Below, piece after piece: positions 40,408 to 50,901 of a stretch of 64,000 nucleotides of DNA. Position 1 is the stretch's first letter; the number at the start of each line of letters is the position of its first letter. This DNA comes from an uncultured Phycisphaerales bacterium. Its GTDB lineage: Bacteria; Planctomycetota; Phycisphaerae; Tepidisphaerales; Tepidisphaeraceae. The notes under the pieces are model-generated. The model saw nothing but the letters and a program-made list of their open reading frames with translations, did not search any database and had not been told where the DNA came from. The DNA is taken from NCBI GenBank assembly GCA_963758525.1, contig CAVWVQ010000003.1, positions 3,104,001-3,168,000 of the forward strand. Reading direction: 5' to 3'. The translations under genes and the position numbers were made by a program.

Positions 40408-41361
40408 TCGGCGAGGAGTCCATGGTGTACTCCTTCTCCGGCTTAAAGCTCGGATCGCGCATGATCTTGTTCCCGATCTCCACGGCTTTATCTACGCACA
40501 GCGGATAGACAAACGTGGCGGCGAGAACGCCGTCCATCACTTTTTTGATTCCGCCCGCTTCCCCGTTCAAACCATCGACGCCGACGAAAAACATCTCCTT
40601 TTCACGGCCCTTCTCTTTGGCGGCAAGATAAGCGCCAATCGCCATCGGATCGTTATGGCCGTAGACACAGTCGATCTCCGGCTGAACGGCCAGCACCTCG
40701 GTCATCCGATCCTTGGCATTGCTTTGCAGCCAGTTGGCAATCGGATCGGCGATGATCTTGATGTCGGGATACTTTGCGAAGACTTCGTCAGCGCCAGCCT
40801 GGCGATTCTGCTCCCCTTCGACGCCTTTGAGGCCGCTGATCTCAACGACGTTCCCTTTCGCAGCGCCGTTGCTTTCCGTCAGCTTCTTCACGATAAACTC
40901 GCCGGCCATCTTTCCGATCGCGTGATTGTCGCAACGAATATAAGTTGTGTAGTTCGGCTCGGCGATATCGCGCTCCAGGCAGATCACCGGAATCCCGGCG
41001 TCCATTGCTTTTTTCATGATCTGGGTGAGCGGCGCTCGTTCGTTGGGAGCGACGATCAACAGATCCGGCTTCTGGCGGATCGCGGTTTCGATTTGCGAGA
41101 TCTGCTTCGAATTGTCCTGCTGCGCGTCGGTGATCTCCAGGTCCACGTCCCCGGAAGCGGCAAACTGCGTCTGCAGGGTCTGATTCTGCGCCGAACGATA
41201 CGGCTCGGCATTGTTGCACTGGCTGAACATCACCAGATACTTTTTCGCCGCCGCCGGCGTCGGAACGTTCGAGCTGGCCGTCTCCGAACGCTTGTCACAA
41301 CCCGCCGCTAAAATCACAACGCTGATGACCGGCACGATTGTTGCGCAAAAACACTCCGCAT
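40370..41361 (-). CDS. Sugar ABC transporter substrate-binding lipoprotein (RbsB-like; start uncertain)
   Basis: LAAGC lipobox, FSQCNNAEPYR, DAQQD, HNDPMAIGA and GVDG. Start is either GTG 41335 or ATG 41361 with a homopolymer slip. Confidence 0.88.
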
Positions 41362-41534
41362 GATTGATGCCCTCATTGGTAGCCGCCTGATCCGCCTTTT
41401 TTTGATGACACCTGCCGTGAGTCGATAGTAGCGGTTTAATTGCTAAATACAGGAGGTTGCGGTCCGCTCGAATTGAAGGGGCTGGATACTATTCCGACTT
41501 GGGGGGCTTGCGTTCCGCTTTGCTCTAACTTCAA

Positions 41535-41608
41535 TGGGCGATACAGGGCTCGAACCTGTGACCCCCAGCGTGTCATGCTGGTGCGCTAGCCAACTGCGCC
41601 AATCGCCC
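41535..41608 (-). tRNA. tRNA-Val (GAC)
   Basis: GGGCGATTGGCGCAGTTGGCTAGCGCACCAGCAT-GAC-ACGCTGGGGGTCACAGGTTCGAGCCCTGTATCGCCCA folds as a cloverleaf. CCA is not encoded. Confidence 0.95.
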
Positions 41609-41816
41609 GTGTCATCTTGATGGTATCTCCACTGGGCGCTATGAGCAAGCCAGTCGATGGTTTTGGCTGACAGAACCTCTGAATCTCCGCCCGGCCTGAA
41701 GCGCCTTGCGCCCGTTCGGATCGTTGTCGAAAAGCCGTCGACGGGACATACTTTCGCGACGACAAGCGGGCGGGAATGCCGCTATAATGAGCGGCACAAG
41801 GCAAGAAAGGTCGCCC

Positions 41817-42095
41817 ATGCAACACGTCCAGCTTACTGATGCGCTGTATAAGGAGGCCGAACGCCGCGCCCGCAAGGCTGGGTTTCACAGCGTCGATGAG
41901 TTCGTTGCCGACCGGCTCGAAACCGATTTCTCCGATGCCAAGGAGGATTTTGACGACCGGTTTACGCCGCAAGTCGTCGCCCGTCTTGACCGGATATCTG
42001 CTGATATGAAAGCGGGCAAGAGCGTCTCGCCGGAAGAAGTCAATCAACATCTTGCGGACGTTCGTGAAGCATGGCTAAAAAATCACGCAAGCTGA
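41817..42095 (+). CDS. Putative antitoxin (ParD-like)
   Basis: 92-aa acidic protein with SD AAAGG and an upstream TATAAT. Overlaps the start of a ParE-like remnant. Confidence 0.7.
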   Translation: MQHVQLTDALYKEAERRARKAGFHSVDEFVADRLETDFSDAKEDFDDRFTPQVVARLDRISADMKAGKSVSPEEVNQHLADVREAWLKNHAS

Positions 42096-42349
42096 TATAG
42101 CGACGCCCACGCCGACGACTTTGTAAACTTTCTCCAAAGGAAAACGAGTGCGCTGGAAACGGAATTCGGCAAAGGCCGGGTCGTTCCCGCTCGACCTAAC
42201 ACCGCCACATCACTCTAAAAAAACGTGCTCGTGGCCACGGCTATGTCGTTGTTTACCAAATTTTGCCGACCGAGGTCTATGTGTTCTGCTACTTTCACAC
42301 CGCACAGGACTGGCTCGGGCAACTGGGCGCAATGCTGCCTCTGGAATGA
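42071..42349 (+). pseudogene. Degenerate RelE/ParE-family toxin
   Basis: Three pieces in shifting frames: MAKKSRKLI*, then YSDAHADDFVNFL...FGKGRVVPARP, then RHITLKKRARGHGYVVVYQILPTEVYVFCYFHTAQDW...*. Confidence 0.7.
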
Positions 42350-42490
42350 AATCCCTCCTGCCGGATTGCACGCTCCCGGATGATGTAAGCCTGCCGAGCA
42401 GCGGCCGGCGAATCGCCGGGCGTGCGCGTTTCTCCCGGAGCGTCTGACTGTGCGTGCTGCCACTGCCGCATGCGGTTACAATCCGGCCCC

Positions 42491-43549
42491 ATGACATCGG
42501 TCGGCATTCAACATATCAGCAAACGATTCGCGGAATCCGTCGCGCTGGACGACATCAATCTTTCCATCGCGGCGGGGGAGCTGTTCTTTCTGCTCGGCCC
42601 CAGCGGCTGCGGGAAAAGCACGCTGCTCCGCATTATCGCGGGGCTGCAGGATGCGACCAGCGGGCAAATTCTCTTCAACGATCGTGACGTGACGCGGCTG
42701 GCGACGGAGAAGCGCAATGCGGTCATGTGCTTTCAGAGTTACGCGCTGTGGCCGCATATGACCGTGCGCGACAACGTGGGGTTCGGCCTGGAGACGCGCG
42801 GGTGGAGCAAGGAGCGTCGCGCGGCGAAAGTGGACGAAGTGCTGCGGCTCGTGCAGCTTGGGGCGCTGGGCGACCGCAAGCCCAACCAATTGTCGGGCGG
42901 GCAGCAGCAGCGGGTGGCGCTGGCGCGTGCGCTGGTGGTGAACCCCGACTGCCTGCTGCTGGATGAGCCATTGTCGAACCTGGACGCGCAGCTTCGCCAG
43001 GAGATGCGCGGGGAAATTCGTCGCATCTGCAAAACCGCCGGATTCACGACGATCTACGTCACGCACGATCAGCGCGAGGCGTTGAGCGTGGCGGATCGGA
43101 TCGCGCTGCTGCGGGGCGGGAAGTTGGCACAGGTCGGAACGCCCGAAGAACTCTATCACCGTCCGAACAGCAGTTTCGTGGCCCAATTTGTCGGACAGAC
43201 CAATCTCATTCCCGCGACAGTCGTCGAACGCAACGGGAGCGTGACCCGCGTGGCGACGCCGATGGGGCCGCTGTCGGCTGCGGCGAATGGGGAGTTGCCG
43301 GAGAAGGTGATCGCCAGCATTCGGCCGGAATGGCTGCGCATAGCGCGGGCGGGCGAGGCGGCGCGGGAGGGAGCCAACCGGTTTGAGGCGAAAGTGCTGG
43401 AGACGACATTTCTGGGCGAATCGAGCGAGCATCTTCTGCTGGCCGGCGAGCAGCGTCTGAAAATTTTCTGCGCTCCGCCGATTTTCGGTCCGCCCGAGTC
43501 GGTGACGGTTGAGGTTGATAGGCAGGACGTGGTTCTTCTGAAGGAATGA
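42491..43549 (+). CDS. Fe(III)/polyamine-type ABC transporter ATP-binding protein (FbpC/PotA-like)
   Basis: GPSGCGKST, FQSYALWPHM, LSGGQQQR and LLDEPLSNLDA, with a TOBE-like C-terminus. Confidence 0.92.
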   Translation: MTSVGIQHISKRFAESVALDDINLSIAAGELFFLLGPSGCGKSTLLRIIAGLQDATSGQILFNDRDVTRLATEKRNAVMCFQSYALWPHMTVRDNVGFGLETRGWSKERRAAKVDEVLRLVQLGALGDRKPNQLSGGQQQRVALARALVVNPDCLLLDEPLSNLDAQLRQEMRGEIRRICKTAGFTTIYVTHDQREALSVADRIALLRGGKLAQVGTPEELYHRPNSSFVAQFVGQTNLIPATVVERNGSVTRVATPMGPLSAAANGELPEKVIASIRPEWLRIARAGEAAREGANRFEAKVLETTFLGESSEHLLLAGEQRLKIFCAPPIFGPPESVTVEVDRQDVVLLKE

Positions 43550-45083
43550 TGTACCGATCCGTTCTGGTCATTCTCTTTTTTGCGATGCTGCTGATGCCGG
43601 TGGTGCTCCGCCGGTTTTTGGTGCACGCGGAGATGTCGGCAACATCAGGCCCGCGGCTGGTGATTATTTCGCCGCACAATCAGGACATCCGCAGGGAATT
43701 CGCGCGCGCGTTCGACCGCTGGCATCGGGAGAAATACGGCACGGGCGTGACGATCGACTTCCGCACGCCCGGTGGAACCAACGACATCGAACGGCAGCTC
43801 AAAAGCACCTACGCCGCCTACCGCGACAAGTCAGGAAGGCTGCCGGACAACGTGCCGGCGGATGTAGATGTTGTACTGGGGGGCGGGGATTTCTTCTTCG
43901 ATCAGTTGAAGAATGAGGGATTGTTGCAGCCGATGCACATTGATCCGGCGCTGCTAAAGGCCGCGTTTCCCTCTGCCGCGCTGGCGGGCGTCAAGTTGTA
44001 CGACAAAAACGTCGACGCGCAGGGCCTGCCGGCGCCGCGATGGGTGGGAGTCTGTCTCAGCGGCTTTGGCATCATCTACAATCCCGAGCTTTACGAAACG
44101 CTGCAGATGCCACCGCCAAAGGGATGGCACGATCTGACCGATCCGCGCCTGAACGGGCTCATAGGGCTTGCCGATCCTTCCCACAGCGCGTCTGTCGGAG
44201 CCGCATTCATGATGGTGCTGCAGCGCGCGATGGCGGATGCGGAGGAGGACCTCTTCGCCAGCGAACCGCGTTATGTGACGATGCCCGCCGCCCAGCGCGC
44301 GACCGACGCGCAATACCAGTCAGCGATTGGCCGCGGATGGAAACGCGGGATGCACGACCTGACGCTGATCGCGGCCAATGCCCGCTATTTCGTTGATTCC
44401 TCGGAGATTGTTCCGACCGACGTTTCGCGTGGAGAAGCGGCCGCGGGAATGGCGATCGACTTTTACGCGCACGTGACCGAGCACGTCGTGGGGCCGGCGC
44501 GGCGCAGTTTGTGTTGCCGGCGCACGCGACGGCAATCACCCCCGACCCGGTGGCGATTTTGCTGGGCGTGAAGGGCGAGCGGCTGGAGCTTGCCAGGCAT
44601 TTTGTCGAATTTCTCCTTTCGAAACAGGGACAGTTGCTCTGGGCGTTGCCGGTGGGGGCGGAGAACGGGCCGACGGTGCGGGCATTGCTGCGCCCGCCGA
44701 TCCGGCAGGATGTCTATGCCGATCGGCAGGGGTGGGAGACTCTGGGAAATCCGTTCACACAGGCGGGGAATTTCAATCAACGGGGGGAATGGATGGCGCT
44801 GTTTACCGACTCGCGGACAATCTGGGCTGCCGCGTGGATCGATAATCGCGACGAGATGAAGAAGGCATACGCCAGCGTGTTGTCCGAGTCGGACGCGAAG
44901 TTGCGGGCAGTGCTGATCGACCGGTTTGCTGATCTGCCGATCGAGATGAGCGACGTGGCGGCGATGACCGCGCTGCGGGCGAAGCTGCCGGCGGAGCAGG
45001 TGGACGTTTGGCGGGCGCGGAGCCGAATCGACTGGGAGGAGAAGTTTCGCGCCCATTACCGCGCGGTGGAGGCACGGGAATGA
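43546..45083 (+). CDS. Fe(III)-type ABC extracellular solute-binding protein (frameshift near 44500)
   Basis: LVIISPH, GGG, GIIYN, LADPSHS, MAIDFY, then PDPVAIL and FVEFLLS. Confidence 0.82.
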
Positions 45084-46800
45084 CCGGCCAAGGCCAACGG
45101 GACCGCGGGATGCACCTGGTGATGGCGGGATTTCTCCTGCTGTTTTTCGCGGTGCTGCTCATCTGGCCGATCCTCCAGGTGGTCGGCAGCGGATTTGCCG
45201 CGCCGGGCGGCGGCTTCACGCTCGCGTACATCGGACTTGTTTTCAGGGATCCGGTGTTGGTGCGCGGGCTGATAAACGCCATATCCATTGCAATTGTTGT
45301 GACGTCGATCACATTGGCGATATCGCTGCCGCTGGCGATTCTGAGCGTGCGGTATCAGTTCCGTGGCCGCGGCGCGCTGTCGAGCCTGCTGCTGGTGCCG
45401 CTGGTGCTCCCGCCGTTCGTGGGTGCGATCGGCATGAGGATGGTGCTGGGGCGGTTCGGGCCGTTGACGCAGCTTGTGGGAGCGCCGCCGCTGGGAATCG
45501 ACTGGATGGGCCGCTTCCGCGTGGCCGGAATCATCATTGTCGAAGTGCTGCATCTGTATCCGATCATGCTGCTCAACCTGCAGGCGTCGCTGTCGAACGT
45601 CGACCCGGCGATGGAACAGGCGGCGGCCAATCTCGGCGCGGGCGCTGGCGGGTCTTCCGGCGGGTGACGCTGCCGCTGCTGCGGCCGGGGTTGTTCGCGG
45701 GATGCACCCTCGTGCTGATCTGGAGCTTCACGGAATTGGGGACGCCGCTGATGTTCGATTTCTACACCATCACTCCCGTCCAGTTATTCCGACAGGTGCT
45801 GGAGGTCTCTTCCAATCCGATGCCGTTCGCGCTGGTAACCGTCATGCTGGCCGCGTCGTCGCTGCTGTACCTGGTGGGGAAAGTGGCGCTTGGAAGATCG
45901 CTGGACGCGACGGTTGGAAAAGCGACCGTCGCCGCCGCTCCGCGCCGCCTGCGCGGGTGGCGGGAGCTGCTGGCGTTTGGCGCGTTCGCGCTGCTCTTCG
46001 CCCTGGCGGTGGTGCCGCACATGGCTGTCATCATCACCAGCCTGACGGCGACCGGGCAGTGGTACAAATCGTTCCTGCCGGCGCAGTTCACCTTCGCGCA
46101 TTTCGGACAGGCGCTGGCCGACAACCTCGCGTTTCCCAGCGTGATGCGCTCGATCGAATATGCCTCGCTCGCGACGCTGCTGGCAGTAGCCGTCGGACTC
46201 TCGGCGGCGATCGTGATCGTCCGCAGCAACCTCCGCATACGCGGGCTGATCGATACCCTCTCGATGCTCCCGCTGGCCGTGCCGGGGCTGGTGCTGTCGT
46301 TCGGATATCTGGCCATCAGCGTCGGCGCGAAGCGGACCCTTGGGACCCATACCCCAGCATTTCTCGACGTGCAGGAATTCCCGCTGGTCGTATTGGTCCT
46401 CGCATATGCCGCGAGAAGACTTCCGTACGTGGTGAGGTCCGCCGTTGCCGGGCTGGAGCAGACCCCAAGAGATCTCGAACTGGCGGCGGCGAATCTCGGA
46501 GCGGGGCGCATTTCCGTGCTCCGGCGGATCACCGCGCCGCTGATCCTGGCAAATCTGATTGCCGGCGCCCTGCTGGCGTTTTCGTTCGCGATGCTGGAAG
46601 TGAGCGACTCGCTGCTGCTGGCGCAGCGGAGCAATTACTATCCGATCACCAAGGCCATCCTCGATCTCTCCCAACGGCTCGGCGACGGAATCTACATTGC
46701 CAGCGCCCTGGGCGTCTGGGCGATGGTGCTGTTGACGCTGACGATTCTGATCGCCAACTCGATGCTCGCGAAAAAGATGGGGGCGATTTTCCGGGTTTAA
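45080..46800 (+). CDS. Fe(III)-type ABC permease with two permease domains (FbpB-like; frameshift near 45643)
   Basis: PLVLPPFVGA, EQAAANLGA, FTELGTPL, PLAVPGLV and ELAAANLGA. Confidence 0.88.
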
Positions 46801-46815
46801 CATGGTGATGAGTTC

Positions 46816-46903
46816 AACGCCGAGCGGTGCTTGCACCCTCGGTTCTTTGGTTTTATCGCGTTCGATGCCGGGGGGAACCGAGGGTGCAAGCACCCTCGGC
46901 GTT
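46816..46903. repeat. REP-like inverted doublet between convergent genes (possible terminator role)
   Basis: aacgccgagcggtgcttgcaccctcggttc pairs with gaaccgagggtgcaagcaccctcggcgtt. Each arm is itself palindromic. Confidence 0.85.
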
Positions 46904-46952
46904 CGAGGCGTCTGAGCTTTTCGCAGACCCCGCGCAGATCCTGTCGGATTGC

Positions 46953-49148
46953 TCACCGCAGAAACGCCTCATGCAATCCGCCGTCCACGGTGATGACCTG
47001 GCCGGTGGTCTTGCTCAGGCGATTACTCACAAGCAGGAAATACGCTTCCGCCTGGTCGGCGGGCGTGATCGGAGACTTCGTCAACGTCCTGTCCGCGTAG
47101 AACTGTGCGAGCTTGGATACCAATGATTCGGTCGCTTCGTCGTCCTTGTAGGGGATCTTGTATTTCGCGAGCGAGCCGATGACGCGATCTCTTGGGAACA
47201 TGGCGCTTCCCTGCACGACGGTGGCTGGCGCTACGCCGTTCACGCGGACGAGGGGGGCGAGTTCCATCGCCAGCTCGCGCACCAGATGATTGGCGGCGGC
47301 TTTGGAGGTGTCGTACGCGAGGCTGCCTTTCTTCGCCACAGCGGCGTTGGCGCTGGTGGTGAGCACCAGGTTTCCGCGCAGGCCCTGTTCCTTCCACATC
47401 TTTGACGCTTCGTCGGCAACGAGGTAGCTGCCGGTGACGTTGATGTTGAAGGTCAGCGCCCACTTGTCGTCGGGGATGTGACCGGTGGTGTCGCTGGGAA
47501 CAAAGATGCCGGCGGTGACGCAGATGTGGTCGAACCCGCCGTAGGCGAGGGTGACCTGATCGAGCATGTTGCGGATGCTGTCGCGTTTGGTGATGTCTGC
47601 CGCGAGTCCGACGGCCGGGCCGCAGCCGCTGATGCCGCTGCCGGCGACACCGATGCCGACGCCGTGCTTCGACTCAATTTCCTTTGCGGTGGCCTCGGCG
47701 GCTTCCTTGTTGAGATCGACGCTGACGATGTGTGCGCCTTCCTTCACCAGGCGATGAGCGGTTTCCTTGCCGATGCCGCTCCCGGCGCCAATAACAACCA
47801 CGATCTGCCGGGCCAGCTCCTTCTCGGCAGGCATGCGTTTGAGCTTGGCTTCCTCGAGAAGCCAGTATTCGATGTCGAAGGCTTCCTGCTGCGGCAATGC
47901 AATATATTCGTCGATCGCCTCGGCGCCGCGCATGACTTCGACGGCGCAGTTGTAAAACTCAGCGGTGACGCGCGATTCGGATTTGTCCTTGCCCCAGGCG
48001 ATCATGCCAAGGCCGGGGATGAGCACGACCGTCGGATTGGGATCGCGCATGGCAGGGGAATTCGGGTGCTTGCAGCGCTCGTAATATTTCGCGTAATCCT
48101 GGCGGTATTTCACCAGCCCGTCGGCCAGCTTCTGTTTCAGCGACGCCACGTCGTCCTTCTGCGGATTCCAATCGACGTAGAGCGGCTTGATCTTGGTGCG
48201 GAGGAAATGATCGGGGCAGCTTGTTCCCAGCTCCGAAAGACGGGGCGCGTCCTTGCTGTTGACGAAGCGAAGAATCTTCTCGTCCTCTTGGACGGTGCCG
48301 ACGAATCGCTTCTGCTGACTGACCTGGCCGCGGAGCCAGGGAAGAATCTGCGCGAGCACCTCATGGCGCTTGTCCTCGGCAAGGCTTTGATACTTCGCGC
48401 CGCCAAATGCCTTGGCGTCGCCGCCCTTGGCCTGATATTTCTCGTCGATGTGCCTGGAGGCTTTCTCGATGAAGCGGAGCGTCTCGTAGTAGCATTTCTT
48501 GTCGTCATCGTCCCAGGAAATGAAGCCGTGCTGGCCCATCATGATGGCGCGCACGCCGGGATTTTTTGCAGCAATGTCCTGCATCGCCAGGCCCAACTCG
48601 AAGCCGGGCCGAATCCACCGGACGTACGCCATTTCGCTGCCGAAGATTTCCTTTGTGAGCTTCTCGCAATTCTTGCTGGCGGCAACGGCAATAATCGCGT
48701 TCGGATGCATGTGATCGACGTGCTTGCCGGTGAGAAAGCTGTGCAAAGGCGTATCGATCGAGCTGGCGCGGGGATTGAGGTTGAAGGTGGTGTGGAAATA
48801 CATCTCCACCATGTCATCCTCCGCCTGCGACTTGATGCCCTTATCAGTGCGGGCGGCATAGACATTGCGGAGATCGAGCAGTTTATTCTGGTAGAGGGAG
48901 GAGAAATTCTCGCGCTTGCTGGTGCGGAGGTCGCCGCCCGACCCCTTCACCCAGAGCACTTCGGTTTTGGCTCCGCTGAGTGGATCCTTCTCCTGGATTT
49001 TTGACGACGTGTTGCCACCGCCGGTGTTGGTGATGCGCTGATCCGAGCCGAGAAGATTGGAGCGGTAGACGAGCCGGGCGACGGGGTCGAGTGTTGCGGC
49101 GTTTACATCATCCCATCGGTCGTTGACGAATTTGAAGTCGGTGCTCAT
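46953..49148 (-). CDS. Bifunctional rhamnulose-1-phosphate aldolase / short-chain dehydrogenase (RhaEW-like)
   Basis: GGGNTSSK, VKGSGGDL, SIDTPLH, HMHP, CPDHFLRTK, FDIEYWLLEEAKL, then SDR motifs GAGSGIG and YDTSK. Confidence 0.93.
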   Translation of the reverse strand: MSTDFKFVNDRWDDVNAATLDPVARLVYRSNLLGSDQRITNTGGGNTSSKIQEKDPLSGAKTEVLWVKGSGGDLRTSKRENFSSLYQNKLLDLRNVYAARTDKGIKSQAEDDMVEMYFHTTFNLNPRASSIDTPLHSFLTGKHVDHMHPNAIIAVAASKNCEKLTKEIFGSEMAYVRWIRPGFELGLAMQDIAAKNPGVRAIMMGQHGFISWDDDDKKCYYETLRFIEKASRHIDEKYQAKGGDAKAFGGAKYQSLAEDKRHEVLAQILPWLRGQVSQQKRFVGTVQEDEKILRFVNSKDAPRLSELGTSCPDHFLRTKIKPLYVDWNPQKDDVASLKQKLADGLVKYRQDYAKYYERCKHPNSPAMRDPNPTVVLIPGLGMIAWGKDKSESRVTAEFYNCAVEVMRGAEAIDEYIALPQQEAFDIEYWLLEEAKLKRMPAEKELARQIVVVIGAGSGIGKETAHRLVKEGAHIVSVDLNKEAAEATAKEIESKHGVGIGVAGSGISGCGPAVGLAADITKRDSIRNMLDQVTLAYGGFDHICVTAGIFVPSDTTGHIPDDKWALTFNINVTGSYLVADEASKMWKEQGLRGNLVLTTSANAAVAKKGSLAYDTSKAAANHLVRELAMELAPLVRVNGVAPATVVQGSAMFPRDRVIGSLAKYKIPYKDDEATESLVSKLAQFYADRTLTKSPITPADQAEAYFLLVSNRLSKTTGQVITVDGGLHEAFLR

Positions 49149-49428
49149 GTTTGCGCCATCCAATCAAAAAAGAGGGCCTCGGTTCCAGGGAAGGAGACAC
49201 GACGGGACAGAATTTGTCGGGATCCGCCTTGAGCCCGCGCTGCCGGACGCGTCCCTTCCTCCGGGCGCATTTTAACGCAAAAGCCGAGTAGCACGCCAGA
49301 CAAGGGCGCCAAAATCATATCGACGCGTGTGTCCCGGCGTGCCCGGCAGCCATTGGGTGTCGTGCCCGACTTATTTTCCCGGTCCAGCCCCCACCCTAGT
49401 GGGTCATTCCCGTCGAGACTGCGGGTCT

Positions 49429-49557
49429 GTGGGGCGGGATTCATCCCGCCGCCTCACGGACTGCGGCGGGATGAATCCCGCCCTGCAGCTGTAGCCGGCG
49501 GCGCTGACGCCGGAGAATCGTGAAGGAGAAATCCCGGGGTCAGCGCCCCGACTACAG
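49429..49557. repeat. Two adjacent GTAG/GTGG REP doublets of different families
   Basis: GTGGggcgggattcatcccgccg / cggcgggatgaatcccgccctgc and GTAGccggcggcgctgacgccgg / ccggggtcagcgccccgaCTAC. Confidence 0.8.
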
Positions 49558-49606
49558 AGTCAAATAGCAATCCCCGGATATTCGCGCACGCCCCCCGTCA
49601 GCATTC

Positions 49607-49649
49607 AAATGCAATTAAATTGCATTTGCTAATGAGTTGCGTATATATT
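49607..49649 (+). promoter_or_regulatory. Palindromic operator AAATGCAATTAAATTGCATTT over a putative -35, plus a degenerate second copy
   Basis: 21-bp near-perfect palindrome at 49607-49627, TGCTA-N5-TTGCG at 49627-49641, and TTGCAT-18 nt-TATATT. Confidence 0.7.
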
Positions 49650-50901
49650 CGCCGCGTTGGCAGAGGCAGGAAGCTGGACATGGCGAATATGTATTACACG
49701 TTCCTGCTGCGATTCAGCCAGTCGGCGCTGGATGCCTCGCTCACGTTGGTCATGGGCGTGATTGTGGCTGGGATCATTCGCCGAATGGTGGGTCCGGTGG
49801 CGACTCGCCGGTTGTTTGGGAGCGGGTGGACCGGCTCACTGCGCGGATGGGGGGCGGGCATGCTTCTGCCGGTTTGCTCGCTGGGTGTGATTCCGGTGGC
49901 TCGCGAATTGAGACGATCGGGCGTCCCGGGCGGAACCGTGCTGGCGTTCGTGCTGACGGGGCCACTCCTCAATCCAATCTCATTCCTCTATGGGCTGACT
50001 CTCGGCGAGCCACGGGTCATCCTCACCTTCGCAGGGATCACCCTGGCAGAGACCGCCGTGGTGGCCTATTTGTGGGATGCATGGTTCGGGGGCTCCGCGG
50101 ACAAGGCGAAAGCAGTGGAACGGGCGCGGATCGCCGACGCCTTGCCGATGCCCGCCGTCGGTGCGAGGCGAATCCTCTCGGTGCTGGTGACCGCATCCCG
50201 TGAATTGTCCGGCGCGACATTTTTTACTACCTGATCGGTCTTCTGGGCAATGCGATCCTGTCGTCGTTCATTCCTTTCGCGGCGCTTCAGAAAACGATGG
50301 GCCATCATGACATGAAGGCGCCGTTGGAAATGGTGTTTCTTTCGATTCCCGCTTACATCTCACCGCTCTCGGGCATGGTGCGGATCGGGTCGATGTTCGA
50401 GCACGGCAATTCCATTGGGGCGGCGTTCGTGTTGCTCGTGCTGGGGATTGGAATGTGCCTGGGCACGCTGTTGTGGATGCTCAATGACTTTGGCCGAAAG
50501 ATTATCCCCTGGTTCGGAATTTACGTTTTGATTGTGCTGGGGCTTGCCTATGCCTGTGAACCACTGCTTTGGGATTCGCGAAAAGTTGAAGTGGACCACA
50601 CGCACAGCTTCGACGATCTCTCCAGCCCGTTCTACAGCAACCGGGATTCAACGCCAGAAAAGATGCGCGCCCTGGTGCGGATCAAGCTTCGCGAGAAGTT
50701 CCAGCCGTCCGAACAATTGGCTCTGACGTGCCTGTTTGCTCTGCTGGCAAGCGGCATCGTGCTGCGAGCCGTCGACCCGGCCGACAAGATCGAAACATGG
50801 CTGACCGCTCGTCCCAAGGCAGGCAGGCGGGGCAGGCGCGACCCGGTCTTGTCGGGAACAGCGCTCGGCGGCGCGGCCATCAGCGGTCTGGTCGCATTTA
50901 G

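Noticed and set aside
28700..41535. Genomic island integrated at the tRNA-Val 3' end
   Set aside because: No integrase and no convincing duplicated tRNA 3' end (att site) were found.
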